Of a stretch of 64,000 nt of DNA, positions 27,301 to 40,000 are shown piece by piece (position 1 is the first letter of the stretch; each line of letters starts with the position of its first letter). Both the position numbers and the translations under genes were made by a program. The notes beneath the pieces were generated by a model. The model was not told the DNA's origin, did not search any database, and worked only from the letters and a program-made list of their open reading frames with translations. Source of the DNA: Tubiluchus corallicola (taxonomy: Eukaryota; Animalia; Priapulida); contig JAQGDQ010000245.1 of NCBI GenBank assembly GCA_030141605.1, forward strand, positions 186,001 through 250,000, given 5' to 3'.

Positions 27301-30300
27301 TTACATCAAACTGCACTTCTCCGTAACATCACCAACCTTTTCTTGCACGGACTTTAGATCAATTGGCAACTGGCCTGCAACAAAAACAAAAGTACAGTAA
27401 AACATTATAAAGATTATAACATATCAGCTAGAATTATTGTTGTACAAAAATTATGAGTAATGTACAAACATTGACGTTAAAAAGTACTATGTGTTTCAAG
27501 CACAAAAACTTTATTTAGCTTAGCCAATTGAAAGTTAATCTGCAGGATTTGATGTTAAAGCGGCAGGCTTATATCATGGTTGATAAACTTGACCAGTATT
27601 TACTGAAAAAATTAAGAACGCGTCTGCGAGAAGACCATGCAAAATCGAAAAATTCCTGCACAAGGTTAGGTAAACCGATTCAGACCAAAGTTCGGGTATG
27701 AGGTCCACTAGTCACTAGTATTCACTATGTGAATCCATTTGGCCCAACTCCTCATAGTAGCAGAGGTACGGCATAGGCCGATTTTCATGAAAAAATACCT
27801 ATTTTTCTCTATTTTTTACTCATATTTGAAGGATTAGCCATTCAGCAACCACTGAGTTTGAATAGATCTGACTTTGCACAGTATTGGAACTTGTTATCTT
27901 CTTCAAAATGACTTTTCGACTTTTGTCCCAAACCCCCCTCTTTCGGCTCTACTGGGGGTCTTTAAGCTCGCATTACGTACAAGATGCAAATACTCAGTCA
28001 TTTCAAAGTCTTATATCTCACCCACTGTGGGGGCGGGGACAAAAATATCGATATGTATGTGAATAGAGCATCCCACCCCACTATGCTGCAGTGACAATTT
28101 TGATGGAGCGAATTTCCACCCTATTGTAAAAGACCCCTGAAAGAGGCATATATCAGGGTGAAAATATAGCTAACAACGTTCATCAAAAAGCTTCGTGTAG
28201 GTAAACATGAGTTGTCAAATCTTGTCAAAACATCATAAATATTCATCTTTGGCAACTAGGGGCCTGGCCAGCACATTGGTTAAACTACCAACAGGATTGG
28301 ACTCCAGAATTCAAGATGGCGGCCACTGCTGAACTAAAATGTTCGTTTTCTGGGCTGTTTACCAGCGTTAAATGCGACATTCTGACTAGTTATCCACACG
28401 AAACAAATATTGTGAATCTATCAGCCTGTACTAAAGACACTGGACCGCATTTAGAGCACTTCCAATCTTAAAAAAAAATGAAATATCTACGGAATGGAAA
28501 TGCTTCTTGCAAGGACTGGAAAATGTTTTATGCACTGTTTATTTTCTATGCTTTGTAAATGTTATATACAGGTTATTACCTAGTTATTACTCATTGTCTT
28601 ACATAAGCATATAAGCCAGGACACAAAGAAAATTGCCCTAAATCTGAGCGAAAGCCCAAAAAATATGGGACAGACTTGATATCATTTGTCCGGTGATTTT
28701 TTGACTGTAAAACATCGAAAATTTCACACTATTAATATTTTTTGTCAGAAGTATTGATTTTGTGCCACAAATAAATTTTGGGCGAAGAAAAATTTTCTGA
28801 GCTAAATATCACCGCCATCCCCCTAGAAGCGACCCATATGCTTATATTGTCTCATGTTTAGACTGTAAGATTTTTACTTTATCACTTTCCCCATGATATA
28901 TTTGTCTATATTTCTGTGTCTATCTTCTAGTGATAATCTACCTGCATCGATAATCCTTTCTCTATTATTTAGATATTATGGTTTTGATTACTTGTACTAC
29001 TCTTCAGTGTTAGGATAATGCTGCTACAATAGGAACAGTATTTTGGACTTGGAGAAATTAATTCTGACTGAGTTTTGTAGTTTTTTTCATTTTTGTACTG
29101 ATATTCATAATCTTCTATGTATAGCCATGAAGCTTATTCATATAAAAAGTATAAAAAATGAATGGATTTCTATTTCATATGTATATACCAAGTGTTGTCA
29201 GATTTTTTCGCTAGCAATGACTCTCAATCTTAACAACCGGTACTTCTTTTCTATTAGAGGGCTTATTGTTTAGTCTTTCCTGGTATCCACCAGCGATTCA
29301 GTGTGTAGAGAATGCCCTGAATCAGAGGCCGGACTCGGTACTAGGGGCATGCATGATGTCGTGTCCAGAAATCCATCAGAAGAGGCAATTATTCATATTT
29401 GTAGTCATATGAAAATTCCGACATAACTAAACCAATTTAAAATGAAATTCGCAAATTTCTAGCAATTTCCATGGCAAAGGAATCTATTGCTACTAGGAAT
29501 GGAGAGCACTAGTCACAGAAAATGTAGGTTAAATGTGGCTGTACGACCTGAGCCAAGTATGTCTACTTTTTACACATGGACGGAATTACTATGAAAAGTA
29601 AAAAAGTGTGTTGATATGATGATATGGCAATTTTTTCTAACAGTGCCCCCTCTATATAATGTCATTCATGATATTATCTCAGCTTGTGCGTTTTCATGAA
29701 ATTTAGAATTCAGATTTGTCACTTATAATCCAGCACATAGATAGAAAAAATATTGAAAAACTACAAAAAAGGCGAATTTTGCTGATTTTTGTGAAATTTT
29801 AAAGTGCCAGTACTAAATACTGAAACAGGCTCCAGCGAATTTTCTTTTTTATATTATTAGTGAGGATGATGGTTAACACATACATGAAAACCAGTAGTTC
29901 TGTAGCCCCGCAGTGGGCGAGTTATGAGCCTTACAACTTAACCTCTCCCTGGACTCTTAACAAAGAGCCGAATTTGAAAAATCCCGTTCTCTGATACTAT
30001 TAATAGTATGTCAGAAAAAGTTAGGATATCAGAAGACAATGTCTGGGTCTATGTACCAGCCAACTTACATCGACCCATCTATAATAGTTTATACAGGAGA
30101 AAAAGTTAAAACAACCCCTCAAAATAGCGATTTTTTGCCTCTTTTGAGGTCAATTTCTTGATGTGGTCATTTCTCTGCTAATAGTAGCTCGATCGATTTG
30201 ATATCTTGGTTACATGGTTTTGGGGGGGTCCACCCTTCATGTTAGAAAAAAATGATATTAATTCGTCACCCCTCATGTGCCACCCTCTGCATGGTGCTCT

Positions 30301-33300
30301 CACGGACTCGTTCTTAACATGTTTTGTCCATTCCAGCAATTTAAATACGGTAGTAATTCCATTTTAATATAGAACACAAAGTCTGCATCTCATGAGCAAG
30401 TTGTACATTTTACCTTTAGAAAAACTATTCATAATCATTTAGAACTATACAGAGATTTTCTTTTAATTAAAAGAGAAAGTGGATGTTTTATTTCAAGGTC
30501 CAATGGATAATTATCATGTGATTCCTTTTATTCCTGACAAAGTTATATGGTCTTACCAAACAATGGGCTATTTAAATGTTTCCATGTAGATACATGTACA
30601 AGGTTTCTTCGTTTTCATTGTTACTGAAACTTGGTTGCTATTAGTTTTCACTATCCACAAATTCACTGACTAGTCACCATTGTTAATCCATTAATTAAAC
30701 TTAAGAGCATCAGAGCGGATTTCAGATCGAAAAACTAAAGCTGATATTTTGTCTGGTACATTAGACAAGTTGTCTAAGAATAGCAAAGCAGAACAACCTG
30801 ACATAAGCAGGTACTAAAACAACTTGAACTCGAGGCATAGCAATTTAAGTAACGCCACTAATTTTCATCTTCTTTGTAAGGGAATGATTGAATGGCCACA
30901 GAATGAGATTGGTCACAAAGTTAGGAAATGATAACTCGGCTAGTAAATAGCTGAGTGACCACAGAAAAACTGCATTTGCTTTGTTTGATCTACTGCACTA
31001 CATTAGCAGGTAAACATTTGAATGTCTTTAATAAGATTATCTTTGTCAATTCAATGTCTCAGCTCGCTGTGTTCTTCATCACAATGATCTAAGCTTCAAC
31101 TTGGCCTCAATTATCAACATTGGTAAGTCATGCACTAAAAGCTGGACTGTCTCGACATAGCAATTTGCAATACTCCAAACTTTACAACCTAATACATCGC
31201 ATCTGAAACTCAATAGTTAATTAATTAATGAATTAGCTGGCAATTAACTAACTCAGTGAGAAGTTTTAATTGTGATCAGTCAGAATTAAAAAATCTTGTA
31301 GTTTATATTAAAGGTTAATTAGTTTTATGGCAAATTTGTTGTTAAAAGAAGTCTTTTGCGTTCAAGCCCCAGTATAGTCATTATCCATTATCTTTTTCTG
31401 TAACGATTTTGCTGCAAAGACTAATTGTTCTTTAATAATGTAAGTTGCATTGTGGCTGATTACAGCCAACTTTTTGAAACTCAAAGTAGAGCCCCAGATT
31501 ATGGTTTGGTGAGACAAGATTAGTTCTCAAGCTTCACAACAAGAACGAAACGCTCTTAGAAAAATTAACTGAGCTTCCAGATGTGTTTAGAAAATGGCAA
31601 TCTTTTTATTTGGATTGATGAAATTTGGTCTGTAAGAAGAATACTGAGTGATATCATTCAGGAGATGTGCTTATAAGTTAATAACATTGGGCAGCAACAT
31701 AATCATTAGCCTACACTATGCTCACCCAAAAACTGCAAAAATCCAATAACATTTTATATCTAAATTTCAAAATATCTTTGGAGACGTATAACAAGGATTT
31801 ATCGTAAATGTGTTTACCAATTGCATTCAGTTTACATTTTGGAATGGACACCACTGTAACTAGAATCCAGAAAACCCAAATTTCAACGCTGCCTAAAAAG
31901 AACCAGTTTATTTTACTGTGCCTGTTTACAGTTTTGAAGTGGGCCAATATAATAATGGTAGTAAAACTCAGTTTATAGTTGGCTTTGTTTTTAGAGCCTC
32001 GGCATGCACCTGAACACATTTATTCAGTCCATTTCTTTCCAAACTACACTTTCATCTCAAGAGTTACGACAGAACAAAAGTACACGAACAGTGCACATAA
32101 AAGGGATTAAATAGGCTTCCATTAGTAAAAAATACTTACTAAGTAAACTATCATCATCCTCTTCTGCCTCTTGCTTCATCTCTTCTGGCGTTTTCTTCTT
32201 CCGCCCAATTCTTCCCGGATCAACTGGATCCTCCACTGGTGCTGGATCCTCTTTTTTCTTAATATTGTACTGGAAGTGAACACAAATCAGCAAATAAAGA
32301 AACAAAGAAATTTCACACGTGTGAACAACTTGCTCTGCTTCATATTAATCTCACAAAATCTGGTCTGATTTCCAGGAGGTGCACTAAGGATATTTTATAC
32401 CTGATTCAAACTACAGAGATTAAGCTAGAGGCAAACAGTCTGTATTCAGATAACAAATTAGACATAAGAGTCAAGTCTTCATCCTTGTAGGAAGTCTGGA
32501 CAAAGGGACTCAGAAACACAAGGTCTTTATCTGTTTTCTGATATGCACTGAAGGTGCTTGCACTGACTTAAATAAAAATATTTTAATATCAATTTTCAAA
32601 GATTATACTACTTGCTCAACAAGCACATGTTCCAACAGCTCCAAATTTTTGCTTTCACCCATGCTTAGTGGCATCCTATCATGAAATGATAACAGATATA
32701 TGTATAAAGAGTAGTATTAAATCTGTTGGAGCTTACCGAGTATATATAAAAATGAGATATGCAAAAAACGTGTCATAAAACTGCAGAAGACGTGTTCAAT
32801 TTTGTTTGTAAGTTTAATGGCCGCTAAGTTATTATTTTCTGTTCACGCGTCTACTTTATCTTAACTAATGTGGGCAGATGGCAATGTGATGCTGAATAAA
32901 CCCTATCTTTCCTAATTAAACACTATAAACGCGGGTAATGCACGGCTGCAATAACCCAGCGACATTTTGCAATGTCATAATCAATCATTTTTGTTAGAAA
33001 GGCAGGCACATCAATTCAGATTCCCCTTGTGGCGAGACTCGAAATCAATAATGTGCATTGCTAGCTAAGCTAATAAAGCGCATTGAGTGCAATATTTCTA
33101 ACCTCGCCATGTATGCCAAAGTTTCTATCACACAGCTGAGACTCATTAGGCTAGGGCTGCTATCAGCAAGAGAATGAAAGACAATTACATATTCTACATG
33201 CATTGAGGCCATCTCACCTGAAGCCTTGCTATTATTGCAAAAGATATTGGTGTGATATAAACGAGGAATGAAATATGAATAAACTGAGTAATGGCTACAG

Positions 33301-36300
33301 ATGGTATAACATTTTTCATTTACGAATGTACGTGCTGTAAAAAAAGAAATGTAACCCGAGATTATAATACATAGGTACAAACGCTCACTTGGATGCATTT
33401 AACTTAGGGCGCATTCAGACACATAGAGACTTCTCTCAAAAGTTTTTGCACAACTTCTCTCTGAGTGTAAGTTGCCCGTGTGAACGACTTGGCAATTTCT
33501 CTCACAACTTATTGCACGTGTGAACGGCTTGACAACTTGGACAACTTTACTGTCAGTTTGCAATAAGTTGTGAGAGAAGCAGCCAAGCTGTTCACATGTG
33601 TGACTATACTTTCAGAGAAAACAAGTTGCTAGAGAAGTCTCTACATCTGGACACATCGTTAAACATTGTGAAAGCTGATCAACAAGATGACAGTGACACA
33701 GCAAAGAAAGGCTAGTCTTGTATTCTTGCCAAAGATGAAACTACATACATATTAGTACAATAATGCTAGAAAACTTGTTTATAATGCAACAATCACTAAT
33801 AGCAGAAACCAACAAAATGTTAAAAAAGTTGGATAATACTGGCACAAAAAATGTGTTTCCTCTTGTCTTTTAATCTAGTGTACACCAAAATTTGACAGTC
33901 ACTATGTCAACAAGCTTATTTAAAAATATCGCTCTCTATATATATATATATATTATATACGTTTCTCCTGCTTATCTAGTACAAGTAAATGCTGTAACTT
34001 ATTTCAATCAGGTAGTGTTCAGTGCAGGCACAATGCACAGTGCATCACAGACTCAAGGCATGTCAAGATATATTAGATGGCCTTAGGCTCAGTTCTTGGG
34101 TTTGGTCTAAAGTGTTTATACTGATAGTTAAATGATTATAGTTTGTGCAAGGAGCAGTTACACTAAAATCCGTAAAATATTGAACTGTTTGAAAGATTGC
34201 ATATGTAGGCCTACTAATAGGACTACAAATTAGGCCAATTTGCAGAAAAAAGAACAAACTGTGATGTTGGACAAATGAGCATTCAGCAATTGCAGTTTCA
34301 CACAGCAAAACATACTTTATCTCTTATTCCTTGCCGCATCACTTCTCGCTCAGCCTCCATCTTTTCATGTTTCTGTCGTCGAAGTTCTTCTGCCTCCCTT
34401 CGAGCCTCGGCAATCGCAGCTTCCTCCTCTTCTCTTTTCCTCTTCACCTCGGGGTCCTCATCCTCACCTGCACCTCCGACTGCTCCTGACAGAAACAAGA
34501 TTTAACAGTTTGCACATTCGAAATTTTTCAGTACAAAAATCATGTTGTGACAATGTTATTAATTTATCATCATGATGGTTTAATAGCTTGAAGTGTACCA
34601 AACTGTATAAAAAAATTACTATAATTACGTACATTATGTGCCACATAAATCTGATAAAATAATAACTGAATAAAGCTAGAAATGGTGAAATCGTGCACGT
34701 TTTCTGATACTCTCGTTATTGTATTTTCATTAAATTTAGAATTAAAAATCCTTATCAAATGACAGAAGTACTTCTTATGAAGCCAACGAAAATACTTCAG
34801 TTGTAGAAAATTAATTCTTGCATTGTTACCAAGTGGTAATGAAGTTTGGCTCAAAATTAGTTAATGAAAACAGTTTTTGTCAGGTTATCTCTTCTAGTTA
34901 CTTTGGATTCAAAAATATAACTATCACGGGTCATAAAGTACATGTGGGTTTACTGCATATCTTTAATGCAGCTTAATTAAGACATGTATGTGGTAAATAA
35001 TTAAATTATAATGGTAATAAGTAAATCAAACAAGACGATAGCTCTGCAACAGAAAAGAACTGTCTTTGAAGAAATAACAAGGGAAACTATTGAGCCCTTT
35101 TCAATTCTCCTGCAGCGTATTTACGCTTCCAGTGCATCAATAACATTATTCCGCTAGCCATTTGCACGCCTTGCGACTGAACAGGATGAGAAATATCCAA
35201 TTATTTCAGCTTCGAGAGACAAATTTCTTATGGAAATGTCAATTTTCTTTCGCGTTGCACCTTCAGCTGTGTAGATAGTAGATACCTGTTAATCACCGCT
35301 GTGAAGTTGCTGCAGCTGCTGCAAGCGCAACTCGCTCATCTTTCTGCAAGTGAGAAATCGGATACTGCTACATCATCAAAAAGTCGGATTAAAGTGAGAA
35401 AGCGCTAGACGCTACAATAAATCTTCACTGAATCCAGCTCATTTTCAGCCTTTGTGAGAAACAAAATGAACTCGGCGAGGACGACAACTTGATGATTCCG
35501 GAAGAGTTTGCTGAGAAATTTGCATGCAAAGTAGATCAGAGAAATTGGGTTCTAGCGAACAGAGACACTGTGAATGAAGTAAATGACGTAAATGCAAATG
35601 TTAATAAGTCAGCAGCTGTAAAACCAGCAGCAGCAGCAACAACAACTAAAATAATAGTAGCAACAATGACAGTAGTAAGAAAAATAGCAGCAAGAATAAA
35701 AAATAAAATGACAGTACTTAGCAACAAAAACAACAGCAACAATAACAATTGAAATGACAGTGCTTATCAACAAAAACAGCAGCAAGAGTGACAATAGCGG
35801 TTGTATATCACATCGCAGCAACAATAGCAAGAATAACAGCAACAGTATCTTGATAGTTTTAATTTTATATTTTAGCAATGGCGACACCGGCGAATAATAA
35901 AAATGTATAAAAAAATCTAATCTAATCATGGTAGATGAAATTGACGGTTAACATGAAGAAGTTTTCTACGTGAAGCGTTATGATCTCATTAATCAAACAG
36001 CTGCCGATGCAGCACTACACAGAGTTCACAAATTAAATGAAGCACTGTGTAATTTCCCCAGCATAACCTAAGTTTCCCATTACTGTGGGCTTCTCCGCTG
36101 ATACACACGGAAATTGGTTTGTGAAGAGGACGACGACTGCTTGAATTATAATGAAACACTGATTGCAAATTGTTCCGCCATATTGTTGTAAACACTCAAC
36201 ATTGTAACACGAAAATTATGCCTGTTCGTTAAATACGTAATTATATTTTATAAATAGATAGTTCGCACGGTATTGAAATGGCCAAACAGCATTGTGAATT

Positions 36301-37039
36301 CATCAGACTTAATAAGTTACGCATCTTACTGAACTGTCTCACAGTACACTCCGAGGAACAACAGTCGTAACAACAGTGAAGTGAGCAGAATCATGCATTT
36401 TATGTGAATGATTCATTTACAATGATGACGATGTCACTTTATGTAGCCCTCCAAAATAAAATATGTAAAATACCCCTCAAATAAAGACAGGGCTGCACAA
36501 TATTCCTACATGAATTAGTGTACTGTAAATGATTTTTTGCGCTATACATGGACTATTTTTTGCAATCAACATAGTAATGAATATTAATGTTAATACATTC
36601 AAAGTAGATAAATTAATTTCATACTAGGCTTATTCTTGATTGCTAAAGAGCGCTGTAAACGTTTTCCCGTTTTTGCTGCCGCAACATTTTCAATAATTAG
36701 CGAGATACTTAATTAATTAATTCTTGCAGCAGGTCCATTAGCATAAATTAGCAGTAATAATTTTCAACAGTGCAGTACCTGGTGGCACATAAGTAATTCA
36801 AGCGCATAATGGTAAAATGTTTATGCAGGTTTCTAGATTATCATAATTATAGTGAAAAAAGTAAACTGTTTTTTGCCAACTTCCGATTGCTTTTTTATTG
36901 GTTAGGTGTTTTAGCAGCCAACACATTGGTATACTGTTTGTGTTTTGCACGAATAACAGAAAACTTCATGCAAGTGAATTTACAAACCTTTTACAGCACC
37001 AAGCTGTTTACCAACCATTTGCTTAGCCACAAAATCCAT
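27301..37039 (-). CDS. cpx: Complexin (synaphin), SNARE-binding synaptic fusion regulator, 141 aa, C-terminal CAAX (CSLM)
   Basis: Minus-strand exons 37039-36988 (MDFVAKQMVGKQLGAVK), 34485-34316 (GAVGGAGEDEDPEVKRKREEEEAAIAEARREAEELRRQKHEKMEAEREVMRQGIRDK), 32269-32140 (YNIKKKEDPAPVEDPVDPGRIGRKKKTPEEMKQEAEEDDDSLL), 27374-27301 (SQLPIDLKSVQEKVGDVTEKCSLM*). Total 426 nt, phases consistent. The central helix KHEKMEAEREVMRQGIRDKYNI is diagnostic. An acceptor at 37054-37055 implies upstream non-coding exon(s). Confidence 0.95.
27616..30313. mobile_element. 2.7 kb non-autonomous DNA transposon with TTAA TSD (Sola3- or Kolobok-like) in the last complexin intron
   Basis: TTAA at 27612-27615 and 30314-30317. 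Left end GAACGCGTCTGCGAGAAGACCATGCA versus reverse complement of right end GAACGAGTCCGTGAGAGCACCATGCA (imperfect ~26-bp terminal inverted repeat, TIR). Internal broken ORF at 28316-28520. Confidence 0.8.
33407..33658. mobile_element. PIF/Harbinger (Tourist-like) palindromic MITE in complexin intron
   Basis: TTA|GGGCGCATTCAGAC..TAGAGACTTCTCT at left and AGAGAAGTCTCTA..TCTGGACACATCG|TTA at right. Internal arms TTCTCTCACAACTTATTGCA / TGCAATAAGTTGTGAGAGAA. Confidence 0.75.
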
Positions 37040-40000
37040 GGCCTTCACTTAAACTGAAAAAAATGAGAAAAAATAAATGATGTAGGTTTTCAAGATTGTG
37101 AAAAATTACGTATTCGCAGTTACATATATAAGATCTACAAAACATTGCAGTTTGAATGTAAAATCTTTGAAGCGAAGTTTCATTCTCTAAGTTGGCACTT
37201 TGAAATTATACTTGTACAGGTAAAATAATCAAAATCTTAAAAGTTTTTAGTTTTAAGTTTAGGCTTTAAAATTTAGCCATTGCACACAAGTTTTACTAGT
37301 AGGCCTATTACAGTTCCTAAATAGTTTCAGAAGTTCGAAACTGGTGGCAAAGCGTTTCTAAGAACCTAAAAATGCAAATTCTGTATACTAGTCGTTCTAA
37401 CTCGGTTAAAAGGACTTTATTGTCGATTTTTTTTATTGTCAACCCTTTTTACATTAACTCAATATTGATGCCCATAGCAGAGATAGTTCATCTTAATTTG
37501 AGTAACTTAACATAACTCAGCCGCCGTGGACTGATGAGAGGACGATGTTAAGGGGTTTAGATACAGAAATGAACTAAAACGCTTATGGCCCAGAAACCAT
37601 GGTCATGAGGTCGACGAAGTTGAGAAGGCTGCACGAGGTTCACTGGTCTAGTCAGAAACAGATCTGTACTAAGGCGACTCACATGTTGCTTCACAATGAA
37701 CTAGCTTATAGACTTCAGAGGGTTGCAAGAATATAACATTAATACTGTACTGAGTGTAGAGCAAACAAAATTGAAGTTGCCTATATTGAATTTGTACGTG
37801 TAGACTTGTAGCAGAATAATTATGTTTAAAATCCCGCAGCGCATCAAAGTCATCTTTACACGGTGCCACTGAGTGAAACAGTCTGCATTCAGCAAATGCA
37901 TGTTCACGAGGAGCCACGCAGTGGTGGCTTTGAATTTCTCCAAGGGCAGTTTGGGGTATAGTGGCAACAACGCACGTAACTCAATAACCGTGACCAACTT
38001 GAAAAAATATGCAAAATAAGGTGTTTAAATTGAGTACAGACAACTACAGTGTACCACAAAGGATCACCGTAGGACTGCTGATTTTTCTCATCTACATTAT
38101 AGCGCGAATGACAAGAACCACCTTAAGACCACTGCCTTTTCTTACCTACACTTTTAACACATAATTTCTTACTGCTTTTAATAGACGTGTTTTTGCTGGC
38201 TAGCGTATTCTTTCAGTAAATCACGAGCTCTAATTTATTCACTTCACTTCACATTAATCAACTATACCAACTATATATCGTGATTGAACATACGGCATGG
38301 CTTACAAACTCTTAAAGTACATGGTCTGCGAAGCAAAGGGGTGCTTAATCTTACTGAGTAGCCTCTTCTGGACTAACATACCCTTAGTCAACTAACATAC
38401 GCTTATTCAATATAGTAAACCCAGAGAAGCTATAGTAAACCTAACAAAAACGACTAAAACTTTTCAGAAGATCTTACAGTAAGTTTCTAGAAGCTAGTGT
38501 TTCGATTGATTAATTAACCTCGCCTGTCGCAATTTAATTGCTCAGCTCTCAACAAATTGAAGTAGAATGCGTGATCAATTATTCGAACACCCGTTATATG
38601 TCACAGAAGCCAATTTCCTAAAGGTCAGAGGATATTGATTTGCAAAACCATCCATGTCTGTTCAGTTAACTTTTGAGATTACAATAGAAACTATATAGTA
38701 CCAAGATAAAATTTAAGTTACTGAATAGCCAGACTGGTTTGTCAAAATTATATTTCACTCCGACATCAATGCATGCGAAACTTGCCGCATTTTACATTTG
38801 TAGACATGTCAAACAACATTCTGTCGTTTTTCGGGTTCCTTTCATATTAGGCAGAAATTTTCTGTCTTGAAACATTTAAAAATGTCAAGGTTTTTCAGTC
38901 ACTGGCTTAATTCCTTTTAGTTATTGACGACTAAGCAGCATGTGCCAAGAAAATAAATTCTTAACTTATCTGAATGATAAAATTAAAGTCGTTGAAAATT
39001 GGTACACCGAAAATTAAAATCGCCACCAAATATTGAAAATTAGTAAGAATTCTTAGTAAGAAGGTCAGATCAGCAAATAACAATTCTGATTCAGCAAATA
39101 ACAATTCTGCTCAATATTTCTCGTACACTGTCGCGAAGTAATGCAATTCCATTGTATCCATTTGACAGAAATAATTTCAGACAATTGACTATTTCGTGTT
39201 AACGAGATTCGGATAATCTGAATGTCACGTGGAAATTTTTCCAGTGACTGTTCGAAATATATATTAACGAACGACGTTGCTACAAAGACAAAGGATAAAT
39301 GTCGGCAGAATGCCAAGTAGGATTCTTCAGTACATACACGTCCGGCACAACACGCATACCCAGAGAAATATGAGCGATCAAGATAATGAGACGGACAGAT
39401 GAGCAAGCTCAGCTTAATTTATATCATATCCATCGTTTAATGAGAACAAGCAGAGAAAGCTTAGAGAGTAAACAACATCAGAGTGATGACTCGGTAACTG
39501 CGGTTAGAAGATGAAGATTTTCTCAGTTATCACTTTAAGTTACTTATTTTCTAGTTTGAACACACGCCGCACTATAACCTGCTCTAGTCTCGGTAGTGGT
39601 TATATTATGGCGGCAATAGGGTTTCAATAGATTTTAATACTATTCTGCTTGTACGATCGTTTGGAGCTGTAAAGCATTAAGTCTCCGGCTAATTTATTGA
39701 AACCTCTATTATACAAAATTATTACATAAAATTTAAGTTAGCAGATTCATCAAATTTAGTTAATTAAGCAAAACAGTTTTATATTAAATTCATCTGACGT
39801 GACAGGTCACTGATGTGGTCAAATATAGGCTGATATTAAAGAAGATAACAAGCAAGGAACTCGTAAATAACAATAATAATAATTTACAACCAGTAGCGAA
39901 AATGTCTGTTTGTGGTGTAACTGGATGTACAAGTGGTGCAAACCATAGACGAAGAAGGACCGAGCCGCGACCTCGCCCCTGGCATATAAGCCAAGTTAAG

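Noticed and set aside
38035-38100. SVPQRITVGLLIFLIYI peptide
   Set aside because: A tiny decayed LINE RT motif ([17 protein letters not shown]) remnant, too short to delimit as a feature.
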